Shown here: piece by piece, positions 11,601-24,537 of the stretch
Numbering within the stretch: position 1 is the stretch's first letter
Layout of the letters: each line of letters opens with the position of its first letter
NCBI GenBank assembly: GCA_964016885.1
Contig: OZ024740.1
Span: forward strand, 144,770,001-144,834,000
Origin: Eledone cirrhosa
Lineage: Eukaryota
Direction: 5' to 3'
Length of the DNA: 64,000 nucleotides
Position numbers and translations under genes: made by a program
Notes under the pieces: model-generated
What the model saw: only the letters and a program-made list of their open reading frames with translations
The model's database searches: none
Told to the model about the DNA's origin: nothing

Positions 11601-14600
11601 TGCTGTCCTTGTGTCAAAAGTAGAAACAATTAATTTTTCTAATCTGACTTATTCACTTTATTCTCTTTAATGCATCATCATTTTTTATTCATTTTTTTTT
11701 CATTGTCATTATATACAAATATTTGCTTTCTGATATCCTTATTCCCACCTACTACTTATTCTTCATTCATTTTATTCATTTCAATTGCGGTTAAACATTC
11801 AGAAATTTCCTTTATCTGAATGCTAAATCTATTTTATTTTCTGCCTATATAATCCTAACCCTTCTGTTACTTTTCATCTTTCCATAATTTATTTTTATTT
11901 TTGATTATCACAAATTCCATAGTTTGAATATGTCATTTTCAGCTATATAATATCAATATAGAAAACAAAACGTGTAATGTACTGGACAATATTTAGAAGG
12001 AATAAAATGTATATTTTCTTAATAGCTGAGAATACTATTCATCCTTTTGATACCAAACTGCCTGAAACCACCCTGATTCTATGATATGAAACTGTTTGTT
12101 TTAAAGTACTTATATATATCTAAAAGGTTTTCATCATAATTTATGTAAAAACCTTTGATAAGTTATGTTCCAAACACTAGTTTAATAATGAGAAAGTTAT
12201 ATTACTAAACTACACCAAATTCTTAATTATTTTCTAAATGATTTGAACACAGTAGACAGTGTAGTGTCTCTCTCAGTAGATATATGGAAATGAAATGGTT
12301 AAAAGTTCTTTCAAAATTTTTGTATCCTGCCTTTTTTTTTTAAACTCTTTAATTTTCCATAGTCTTTTGCCACCTAAAACTTTTTGAATTAAATCTGTAA
12401 ATATCTGAGAAATTATTGTTAATTATGACTATAATTTTTCAAACTACTCAGTCCATACTTGGGGATGAAATCCTTTTTTTTTTTTTTATATCTACACTGT
12501 TTTTCAATTGGTTTGGTCTCCAGCCATCTTCAGGTATCTTACACCTGGATATGTACCACTGATGATTGCATAATGGCATACTGAATAAGAATTTTACTAC
12601 AGATGTTAATATAAAAAAACTAAAAAAAACTGCTTTATCTCTGAAGCTTGTAGAATGCAAATTATAATCATATTAGCCTTTTCAATATTAATATAACTAT
12701 TTTTGAACAGTTGAACAATGCATCAATCATGACAATTACCCTTTGTAATTGTAGTTATCAAATTGAATTTAATACTTGGTGTTTAAATTGGTGTGAATTT
12801 GTATTGGCATTTAATTACATGATTGATTATTTTATTTAGCACTATATCTCATGGCATATAGCGTTTTTAATGGTCCATCTGTTAAGCATAGTTGTAAATC
12901 AGCTTTATCAATCATTTACTTTAACCCTGCTAGTGGACTACATTTTTAATAAGTTTTCAAGATGTTATTTTATTTTACATATGATAATGTATATTAATTT
13001 CTACTATCAGTGTGTTCAAATAAAATTTATGGTTTTGCCGGTAGTTTATCCTTACTGCAATCTATTTTTTAAAATGCTTATGATGAATCCTCTCAGTCTA
13101 ATCTATGTATCCCAATCCTTCTTCAGTCCTACTTAAAGATATTAAATAATTAATATAATTGATTTATATTAACTATTTAATATTCTCCAAATAATTCTAC
13201 GTTGTATATCCTGATAAGTTGTGTATGTACAAATGCATACACACACAGCTTATGCAGTCTACTGCATTGCTGATAGTAGCAGTAGTACCTCCTATACCTG
13301 CATTATAAACTCTTCATTGTCAGTGGTGGCTAACCTATATTATCCAATGTTATTGTTTGCCATACTAGTAAATAACATGATTTCAAAAGAACTGTTTGTA
13401 AAACTTTGTGTTATATTTTTATAAACATTCCTTTTATTTGGATCTCATGATGTAAATTAGACCTTTATTTTCGTTGTTGATTAGTATTTTAAAAACTGCT
13501 TAGCCCTTTCATTTTGTATTTTTTCTTAAAAAAAAAAAAAAAAAGAATAGGAATGCAGTATTTTTCTATATATAATTCTTGTAGTTCTTTTATTACATTC
13601 TCATAACATCAAGGCTTTATTGACATTATTTCAATTTCATGTTGGCATTGGTCATCTAAATATCTTTATTTACTTAATAGTTTTGTTAAACGAAGTAATA
13701 TTGGATGTTTATCATTGTTGTGTTATGATTTACTATAGGTCTCCTTCACTTGTTGGTTGCAGATTTCATTGATTACAATCAAATGAACAGGTCTCTATGA
13801 CAAAAGTGATATTTATTCATTGAAATAATAAACAAAGAAAATAAGTTGGTTATAGTGATAAAATCAAGAAACCAGATATGAATGTATATACAAGATTGTA
13901 ATTTTTTATACCTCTCTATTTAACATGACTTTTATGAGGCAGTTGAAAATCAGTTTTCTTTATTTGAAATATGATCATGATTGGAGTTAATTTTATTTAA
14001 GAATTTTATTTAATTAATGATTAGTTTTAAAATAAGATATTTTAACAACAATTATTTAATTTAAAATCATGTTAACAATAATTACTTTAAAAAATATTAT
14101 CTCTTAATAATAATTATTTTCAGTCAGATTATTTAACTATAAAAAAAAATGGAATTAAAAAATGCTCTCCATATTTTGTACCTAGAATGTTGTACTGTTG
14201 CTAGTTGAAGATTTGCTTATGCTATCTAAGATGGTGCAAGCCTGACTACTACTGCTTCCAATTGAGGACAGCTACCATTACAGCAGCTATGTTTTAAACA
14301 CCAGTGCCAGCCATTTGCACATTATTTCTGCTACTTATCTTCTTTCTCTCTATTGACAGTATTCGGGACTAAATTCTAGCTGCTACTGATGATGATCCTT
14401 TTGCTAGGTTTTCCAAAGCAACAGTTTTAGCTTTGCACTTTTCTCTGAAGATTAGATATCTTAATTTGTACCGTCATCCATTTATTGATTGTTATAGCTT
14501 TCTATGTTTGTATGACTGTGTATGTGTGTTGTTTCTTTGATGAGTAGTCTGAATGATTTTCTCTGTAATTCTATAGTTATTTCAGTGCGGAAGCTATTAT

Positions 14601-16583
14601 TTAAACTAAATTTTCTCAGAAACATTTTGTATCATGCTGGCAGTTTTTTAAAAATGTATTATCCATGAAGTTTATTCTAAAATGACTTTTGTTTGCTTGC
14701 TTTCATAATTTCTTTTGAAATAATAGTTATTCAACATTATTAATACTTCATGTCCTTGCCAACTCAGTTTTCTTTCTTGCACACTCTTATATCAAGTTTT
14801 TCTCTCAGCACTTTTGTGTTCTGTTGTTGCTCACTAATTAATATCACACACCTAGTGGAGAATGCTCACCCCATTTTATTCCATGTTCAATGGCTATTTT
14901 TAGTGCTAATTACTCCGGCACATTTGCTGTATATGAAGTCCTGCTCTGTCAGCCTGCCTGTGATCTCTTTGCATCTCTTGGGCAGTCATAGTTTACTTTG
15001 AGTACACAGTACAGAATTTCTACCTTCCCCTTTTCCGCATATTGAGTATTTCTTGTTTTCTGTTAGCGAACATGAAGGAAGCAGAATAAGGTGATTTGTG
15101 GATTTAACTTTTCAGGTCACTCATCTAAATCCTATTCCACTTATTATATTCTCAAGAAATGTTATCAAGCATATATTTTATTGGTAGACAGTAAATACTC
15201 TGCATTGAAGCTAAGGTGTCTGCATACAATTGATATATACCATGTATGAGATTGTTGTAATTCTTTTATTACATTCTCATAACATCAAGGCTTTACTGAG
15301 ATTTAGTTTCTGGAAACCATTTGTATGAGATTGTTGTAATTCTTCAGGAATTTCTGAAGGTGTCTTGTAATCCCACACAGATAGAAATACAACCTAAACG
15401 TAAGTGCCGTTGACACCAACCCATCCAAAACCAGCTCTGGTCCTAAGAAACAAAACGTCCCATTTTAAAGGTTTCTTATTTAAATTAAAATCTTCCAATA
15501 TAATTTTTTAAAAGACCTATATGTTACATTATTGCTTTAGTAATGAAATAATTAATAATTTTAGTAAATCCCTGAAAATTCTTCATTGATTTATTGAAAT
15601 AGAGCATATATCATTGGAAATATGACCACGAAAGGGTTAAATTTTAAGTCTTCTCAGTATTTTTTGTTGTATGCCTCTCACCCACTAAAGTACTTAAATA
15701 AGACTTGAAAGAATTTGGCTTTACAGTTAAGACAAAGCCAGTATGTCGAAAATGATATAATATTCTAAAACCATTTATCATATTTACTCCCCACATGGGA
15801 TAACTAATATTAACATTTTTCTGATCATAATCCTAATGAAATGCACAGTTGATATGTTTTGAAAGATTTAATAAGATAATTAGTTTCTCCATTATTAAAC
15901 TGGTGTTTAATAACATGTAGCAAAAGGTTCTTAAATAAAATTATGATAGAAGGGATTTATTTTAAATATAAAAACTTCAACATTGTATCAAAGAACCAGG
16001 CACGGTCTAGGGCTGTCTGGTATTGTGTGTGTAATTAGGCTACTATTTTTCATCTAGGTATGTTTTGGCTAAATGAATTATTAAAAATATGTCTGTTAAC
16101 TATTTTAATGTTGAGCACCATATGAATTCCATCAGTGGAAGTAAATATATTGCATTACCTTTGCTAAGAAGAAAACATTGATAAGTTTTCAGCCACTTGT
16201 TGCCATCATCTAGTTTAATGTATTGGATGAACATACTTTTGGCATAATTTCTATGGCTGGATATCCTTCCTAATACCAACCAACCACCTTGCAGAGTTTA
16301 CTGAATGTGTTGTCTGGCATTTATATAGAATAGTGGTTATTTTATTGGTGTAGTCATGTCATGACGACTGGAGGGTATGACAGTATGTCATCTATTTTCT
16401 TAATTTTGTTATTTTCTATAATTTGTTAATTTCTTTTTCTTTTTAATTGGACTTATTTGAATTAGGCAATAGACTGATTTTAACCAAAGTAATGCAACAA
16501 GTATCCTTTAATCCTCTTGTTATCAAACTACCTGAAACCACTTCTGCTTCTATGATTTAAAACTGTTTATTTTAAAGTGTATA

Positions 16584-17137
16584 TCTATATATTACTAAAA
16601 GTCTGTGATTGCTTGTTTGCTTGCTCGTCTGTAATGTAATACAGCCAAAAGGGTGCATAATGGGAAAATACTTTGAAAGGAACTTGACCTTGAAATGCGA
16701 ATACAAATGGAATAAAACAAGCTTCGCGTAAATCGGAGGATGGGTTCCTGAGATATGGGGTTTCCGGGTACCTTCATAAACAGAGAGAGAGAAGGATAGA
16801 AAGTGATACTGGTTGTGAGAGAGTAGATTGAAAGAGAGACATAGAGAGAGGTAGAAGAGATAGAGAAGGAGAATGGAAGAGAGAGAGCTGGTGGTGTTGT
16901 TGTGTATATGCAAGCAAGGAAAAGTGGATGTAAAATGATGATGATGATATGTGTGTGTGTGTGTCTATGACCAGTGTATATAGATCACAGACACCCTCAT
17001 ATATATATACACACACATATATATATATACATACACACATATATATATATATGGGCCTTCCAGTTTCATTTCACATTATATACGTGTCTGTGTATATTTT
17101 GAAGTGAATGTGACCCAACGGGTCACGGGTGGTCTAG
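16584..17137 (+). mobile_element. Non-autonomous Helitron-like element inserted in a family A MITE
   Basis: Starts a|TC(tatatattactaaaa). Ends with hairpin gtgaccc-aac-gggtcac, 7 nt, then CTAG|t. The flanks rejoin as one MITE A sequence (compare 12090-12150). Confidence 0.7.
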
Positions 17138-18477
17138 TATTTATCTAAAATTTTCCATCATAATTTTATGTAAGAATCTTGGTAAAGTTATGCTCCAAAC
17201 ACCAGCTTAATAACGAGAAAGTTATATTATTAAATCTCACCAAATTCTTGATTATTTTCAAAATGATTTGGAAATCATAAACAATGTCTTTCATTTAAAA
17301 TATTTTTAAAAAATCAGATTTATTTCTTATTAGTGATTTTGCTCATCTGTGTTGTGTTTTCACATACATCACAATATGTAGTCTTTGGCAGACTGCAACA
17401 AATCCCTGAAAGCCCTATAGCAGATTAGGCACCTCTGGTACTATGGGACATAATGTTTCTTAAAGAAAGATCTACTCATTCAAATGTACTCATTGCCCTT
17501 CATGGTAGTGTTTGTTAATTTATGTGTAGATAATAATCTTGACTCAAGTTTCATCAGGTATGCACACATACTACTAGTATGTCATGCTCAATCAAGTATG
17601 ACTTGGTAGTATGTACCTGTTTTCGCTAAGGTTTTTTTTTTTAGGCACCCTTGTAGTCACAAGCAGATAACCTCTCAACTCTCTCTTCCTTGATCCAACA
17701 GAACATCCAGGATATAATAGCTGGAAGAAGAGAGGGCTGCACCATCTCAGAGCTGGTACTTTCTTTCACCCTGAAAGTATGAAAGGCTGTGGACCACGGT
17801 GGGATTTTAACACCTGGAACAAATATCCAATGCTCTAATGATTGTCAAATCAAACACCTTTATGCACATACACTGGATATATAAAATGTAGAAAATGTGA
17901 TGACACCTACTATCGATATAGATAGAATATGTATATCAATAGTAGGTGTCATCACACTTTTGACATTGCAAGTCACATCATTCTCCTTCCTTTTCTTATT
18001 ACTTGTGTTCACCACTATTATTTTACTTGTCCAATATGTCCAACTACTAAAACCTTAGGTTATTTCATTTTTGCCCAGGTTCTTTGTTTGCTTGATTATT
18101 TGAGTGGTTGTTGTGGTATCTTAGCAAATTATTTAGATATACATACAGTTTGAAAGTTGCTGTAAGAAAAAGAAAAGCCCAACATTTCAGACAAAATCTG
18201 TATACCCAACTCATCTAATGAAAAACACTGCTTGAAACGTCAAACTTTTCATTTTTCCCTACAATAAACTAACTTAATCTACCATGTGCACATATTGTGT
18301 TTGCTATTTACTGAAATAGACCATCATTACTCTCCTTATTTTCTGCTGTTTTATTTTGATATTTAGATATATATGGAACTTGCTACAGGTTATTTGAAAA
18401 GTGAAGTTAGTAGTTGAAAATGAAATGCAATAGAAATATAGTTCACATAGAATTTCTTCCAGTTATTGGTGGCTACA

Positions 18478-18960
18478 ATCATCATCGTTTTACATCTGTG
18501 TTTCTATGCTAACATGGATAGGATTGGCCTGCTCCAATACAGCATTTCATTGTTTGCTGTTGTCATTCGACATTTTTTTTTTTTTTTTTTTTTTTGAGGT
18601 TTGGCATCCAGTGATTAGCTTTCTTGGTATCTTCCTTTTCCACAGACTTCTTCCATTTATTTTTTTTTTTTTCTCACTCAATTGTCATCTTTCGTATATA
18701 CATCATGTGTCTGAACCAATGGCTGATTTCTCTAAAACCCATTTTTTTCTCTTAGCTGACTTGTGCTCTGTCATTCATGCATGCTGACAACAGCCAATGG
18801 AGTATGTTCACTTTTTCTTGCCATATAATCTGTACTTCATTTGAAGAGAGTAACATTTTAAAGAGAGAAACTTGTTGACAGTAGCTCTCTGAATTTTCCC
18901 ACCCTCCCCTCTCTCTAACTACTTTGCTTTCACAACAACTCCTTCCACTGTTAATTAGCT
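18478..18960 (-). mobile_element. Highly degenerate RTE-type LINE 3' fragment
   Basis: Remnant 'INSGRSCCESKVVRERGGWENSE', homologous to ISSGGGCSESTVARVRTGWKKFRE; catcatc tail. Confidence 0.6.
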
Positions 18961-19966
18961 CTTGTACAATATGCAATCAAATTCAGACCAAATATATAAT
19001 CTTTTAATTTATATTAATTTAAATATTTCTCCTGATTATTTAACTGAATGGAGTCGAGTATAAAAAAATACAGCCCTATTGATTTAATTTTACTTTTTTC
19101 TATTTATTTGTGAACTGTTCATTGCATGGCCTCTTCTGTTCACATGTGTTTATGGATAAATGTTGCCCTATTGAAATAATTAAGCAAAAGCAACAAAGAG
19201 AAATTCCACCATTTTCTAGCTGCAAGTTTTTATATAAAAACCAGTTCTTTTCAACTGGTTCACTCATTTCAAAACTAAATAAAATATACTTGATCAAAAT
19301 AATATCAAATCAACCATCTTGGATGTGATATAACCTTTAAATTAACTCTTAACATCCTGTAATGATTTAGTAGAAAATATTTTAAAACCGTTTCATTAAT
19401 TTAAATGTTTATAGTATCTTTACCGATGCACAGATTATTGTGAAAATTTGGAGTATTAAATAGAGTAAAGACTTTTAAAGACTTTACATTACTCATTCAT
19501 TTTAATTTTTAAATATTTCAAAATAAATTCCAATAAGGATTAGATTTAACCAGTCCAAAACCACTTCGGGCTTCATGAAACAAATCACTCATTTTAAAGG
19601 GTTCTTCCCTATTTACATTAAAACTTTTCTAACATAATTTATATAAGAAGCACCTTAATTATGAAACAATGATTTTAGTAAATACTTCCAAATTTTACAT
19701 TAATTAGTTGAAATACAATATATCATTAGGAATATGGTCACAAATCAGTGAAAAAGTTTAGCTAAAAAACCATTTATCTTGATAGGCTGTCATTTTCCTT
19801 GCAAGATAAAAATAAGTTTACAAAAAATGCAGCAGTTTAGTTTTAGCTTCAGTTGGTTCTAAAGATGTATATGTGTCAATATTATTATGAATTTTTTTTT
19901 TCCCCTCAAATATTTGAATTAAAAATTGTTAAATTTCTGTTTTTCAAAGATGAAATGATAAGATGA

Positions 19967-20194
<228 letters not shown>

Positions 20195-21788
20195 TAGTTG
20201 TATTTGACATTGATCATTAGCTTATATCAGGTTAAATTTAATGTACCAGTTATTAATTCTGATTTAAATTTGTTATTGTGATTCTATTTATGAAACTGAC
20301 AAAGTGTGCATATGCCACCAATCATTTCTATAGGTATATCATAAGAAATTGATGATGAAATCACATTGGCTTAGTTGTAAACATTTAGAAAATATCTAAA
20401 AATGGGTTTCTTAATTGAAATTTTTATAGTATCTTTACTAGTAGGCATTGTTGTGAAAATTTGCTGTAAAGATTTTAATTTTTAATGTGATGCAGTCGCA
20501 GTGCTAGTGAGATCATTGTGAAAATTTATAGTAAACTAAAGATTTTAATGTTTAATCTGATGCAGTTATAGTGGTGTTTTGTACTCTGCAAGAATGTCCT
20601 TGTTAATGTGATTTTTTTTGCAGCAGAGGCTATTATAGAGTTAAAATGATAAAAGGGAATCATAAAGGATTTTCTCAGAAATAAGTATATGTATTACAGA
20701 TTTGCTTTAATGAATCAATGTAAATTTCCCCTCCTTTCAAATCTCATACTTAATATTAATATTTTCCTTCTATGCAGTTATCCGATTATCAGATTCAGTT
20801 CCAAATTTCGAATTTGCAAACCTTATTGATTTACACAAAAGTATATCACATCATAAAGGTTCATTCTTTAGGCTCTTCACTACCTGCTCTCATTGGTCCT
20901 CCATTGTCTCCTTAGACAACTTTCTCACATTAAGAATAGAAACTACATCTGAAGTAAACTAGCTACATCTCTACATCATGGCTGTTTAAATCATGAACAC
21001 ACTTCAAAAGTCTATCAGATACCATTGGGTTCTTAGCAAAAGACTATGCAATATATAGCAAAGCTGTTCCTTAAGTTGAAGTTGCTGCCAGAAAGTGGTT
21101 TTGAAATCATACACTAAATGTAACTTACCATGACATTTACATTCATTCAAATGTGCAGTTTGTAATTTAGGTAACTAATTCCTGTTAGTTCAATGTTATT
21201 TATTGGCAGGATATTTGTGATATCCATACTGGATGTTCATTGTTTTTTTTTTGTAATTGATACATTATGTCACACATAAATTCATCATATAAGAAATTAT
21301 AAAAGAATTGAAATTATTTGTATATGTTAAATCCATGCCACGGTCTAACATTAAGAGGCTGAGATTTGCTGCTGCCTTGGTAAACAAAATGTCAACAGGT
21401 TATATTTCAACACCAGTTCTGCACTGTGTATCTAATGAAATTACTTCACTGTCAAAAGTTAGCTTGCTTAGCTGTAATGAGTACCATTCCTTATCACCTT
21501 CCTCTAGTAACATAACTTTTAGAACTAATAGAATGTCCTCTAATTTCTGAAAATATATTTTCTGTCTGTTAGCTTGTTTTTGATCCCTTACATTTATGTC
21601 TGTGTGGAAATAAGGGTGTTTCTGAAAATGTAAGGCAATAAACTATACTAGGGCATGGTAGTTAATTTTCCAGCAATATTAGCTGATGTAACTGATAAAT
21701 AAATTGGAAATACTTTTCAACTTGTCAATTCTACTACTATAAATCTTATTTAACCATGTTGAATTATTTGTACACTGTTAAATTTTGC

Positions 21789-21975
<187 letters not shown>

Positions 21976-22719
21976 ATTGCTTGTAGATATCTAGGCTTTA
22001 TGCCCAACTTCAGAATCGTTTCTCTCAACTTCATGTTCTGTTTCTACAAGCACCAATTCTATATTTTCGATTAGGTTGTGGTCTTAATATAATTATATCT
22101 CCAATGGATAGGAATTGAAATAATTGTTTCTACTTTAGGCACAAGGCCAGCAATTATCCAGTGCATTACTGGTACTTTATTTTATCGACCCCCGTAAGGA
22201 TGAAAGACAAAGTTAACCTCGGCGGGATTTGAAATAATGAGCTGTATTTATATTGATTCTGCCTTACAGGAATTAGTAAGATTGATTGGCTTGTAGAATT
22301 AGCCTGTGAAAAAAGTACTATGCATTTACTCAAAATTTGCTCTACAGCATAAATAATAATTTTTAAAAAGAAATGATTTTGTTTTCAAAAGTAAGAAAAA
22401 AAATATTTATGCATTGAAACGGCTATGAATAATATGTTTTGTTTGTAGAATAAATGAGCTACTTTAAAGAATTAGATGTTTTATTTGTAGGATTATTCTG
22501 AAAATTGAAGTTCAATTAACATCTCTTACATAATTGTTTCATATAAACCTTTTTTATAAAGAAAAAAAATACAGATTTACATAAAGAAAAATATCGAAGG
22601 ATTCATGTATGCTTGTGTGTTTGTATGAATATGTGTATGTAATGGTCAACTAGCAGCATGAAAAGTTATCACATTCTATTAATCACTTGCACTGCTTCTG
22701 TGGTGAATGTTTCCTCATG

Positions 22720-23440
22720 GTCCCAGCAGAAGAATTGAAAAAGCGTTATCTAAGAGGATAGTAAAGGAGATGAACTGAAAGAGCCATTTCAACTCAGTGT
22801 TCATTTTTGTGGGTGGTCAACTCCATCCTGATAGCAGTGAGATGGTTTAGGGATCTAGGACAGTAGAAGTTTTTACTGTTATAGGTAAATTGATGAACCC
22901 ATCAGAAATAGGCTGGTACTTCAACAGTTTGTGATCTGCTTGTGAGGCAACAAAACTTAGGTCTGTTACTGAATTCACAAGGTCACTGATGGAGAAATTG
23001 TTGTTGCATGCCATGTCCCCTGCATAGCAGAAAAATTGCAATGTCATTTGGTCTAACACCACTGGTTCAAGCTGCAATGGGTGGCCAGCAGCATCCAAGC
23101 CACACTTAATGATCTTGTTGAGAGTAGCATGCCATGGAAGAGTAGCATGCCGTGGAAGGCACTGAGGCAGCATGACAGTGGACGAAGGCCGAAAGCATCT
23201 ACCATGGATCCGCAATGGTATTTGTGTTGCTTGCAGATCCAGAGACAGAGCTTCAAGGAAATACTAATACAGGGATAGTTGCTGTCCAGCTTGGAATCAA
23301 TTGTTTGCGTTCAACCAGGCACTGCACAACTATGGTTGAGAGGTGGATCGGAAACATGCTAAACAGTACTGGCCAAGCATTGGGGGAGATTGGAAGTCCG
23401 CAGAATAGCAACCAATTCTGCTCAAAGTCACGTAGGCCAC
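22720..23440 (-). mobile_element. Degenerate RLE-type (CRE-like) non-LTR retrotransposon 3' fragment
   Basis: Frameshifted ORFs give ICKQHKYHCGSMVDAFGLRPLSC (Zn knuckle), PRHATL..LNKIIKCGLDAAGHPLQLEP, KYQ...PITVKTSTVLDP and, near 22730-22800, ELKWLFQFISFTILLDNAFSI. Confidence 0.7.
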
Positions 23441-24379
23441 CTCGAGTTTCCTGATTGTAGTAGGCTCTGATGTGTGTGGAAAACTTTATTGATAAAGTCA
23501 CAACAGGAGGCCAGAGATGAAAGATATATACTTTTATTGAGAATATTGTCAAATAATCTCAATATTTTGAAATATGATCTAAGTAAATTACTTCATAATT
23601 CATTGTCATTATTCTGGCATTTCTAATACCATTTTCGCTGTAATTCTAGATACACATGAATAAACACTGTCTTTCAATTTCTCTACTTTACTGAAGGTTA
23701 ACATCTTGATTGATATTTCAGAAATGCCATTAAAAATGTCTTCCAGAAATAGCCCTAATTCTAAAGAGGCTCTTCTTATATTTATTTATATATTTTTTAC
23801 TTTAAAGATTGATATTTATAGTCTTGCTAACATCTTACTTGTAGGTTTCTTTTAATTTGTCATTTCACTTTTGATAATTATTATGTCATTTGGGTCAACA
23901 GTGAAATCTACTTTTTATAATACCTTTCTTTTAAGGTAGTAGAAATATAGTTGGCTTTCTTTAAGAAACATTCTTTCTAAAACAGGAGTTTGTATAATGG
24001 AACCTTAATTGATTTTGTTGTAAGCATTTAAGTGGGGGACCATGTTGAACACCACCCTTCTTTTCTGGCATTCATTGATCTGTATGAATAAGTCATGTTC
24101 ACCTGATCTGACTTCTCTCATAACATGACAACCCATCTAACCCATGCAAGCTTCGAAAATAGACATTAAATGGCAATGATGATGATGATGATGATGATGA
24201 TGATCATCATCATCATCGTACGTCCGCTTTTCCCTGCTTGCAAGGGTGGGACGGGACTGATTCTGGCTTGATTTCTACAGCTGGATGCCCTTCCTAACAC
24301 CAACCTCATTTACAGTGAGTGCTGGGTGCTTTTTTGCCGTGGCACCTCCACGTCCACTTTGCAGTGGCATGATAGGGAC

Positions 24380-24537
24380 CCCAGTCCCTATCATCTCATT
24401 TCTACAGCTGAGTAAACTGGAGCAATGTGAAATAAAGTGTTTTGCTCAAGGAAACAACACATCACCCGGTCTGAGAATTGAACTCACAACCTTTCGATTG
24501 CAAGGCCAATGTTCTAACCACTAAGCCATGTGCCTCC
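24380..24537 (-). mobile_element. tRNA-derived SINE, second family
   Basis: Minus strand reads tggcttagtgg (A box) and gagttcaattc (B box). Related copies at about 11140-11360 (-) and 36655-36900 (+). Confidence 0.7.
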
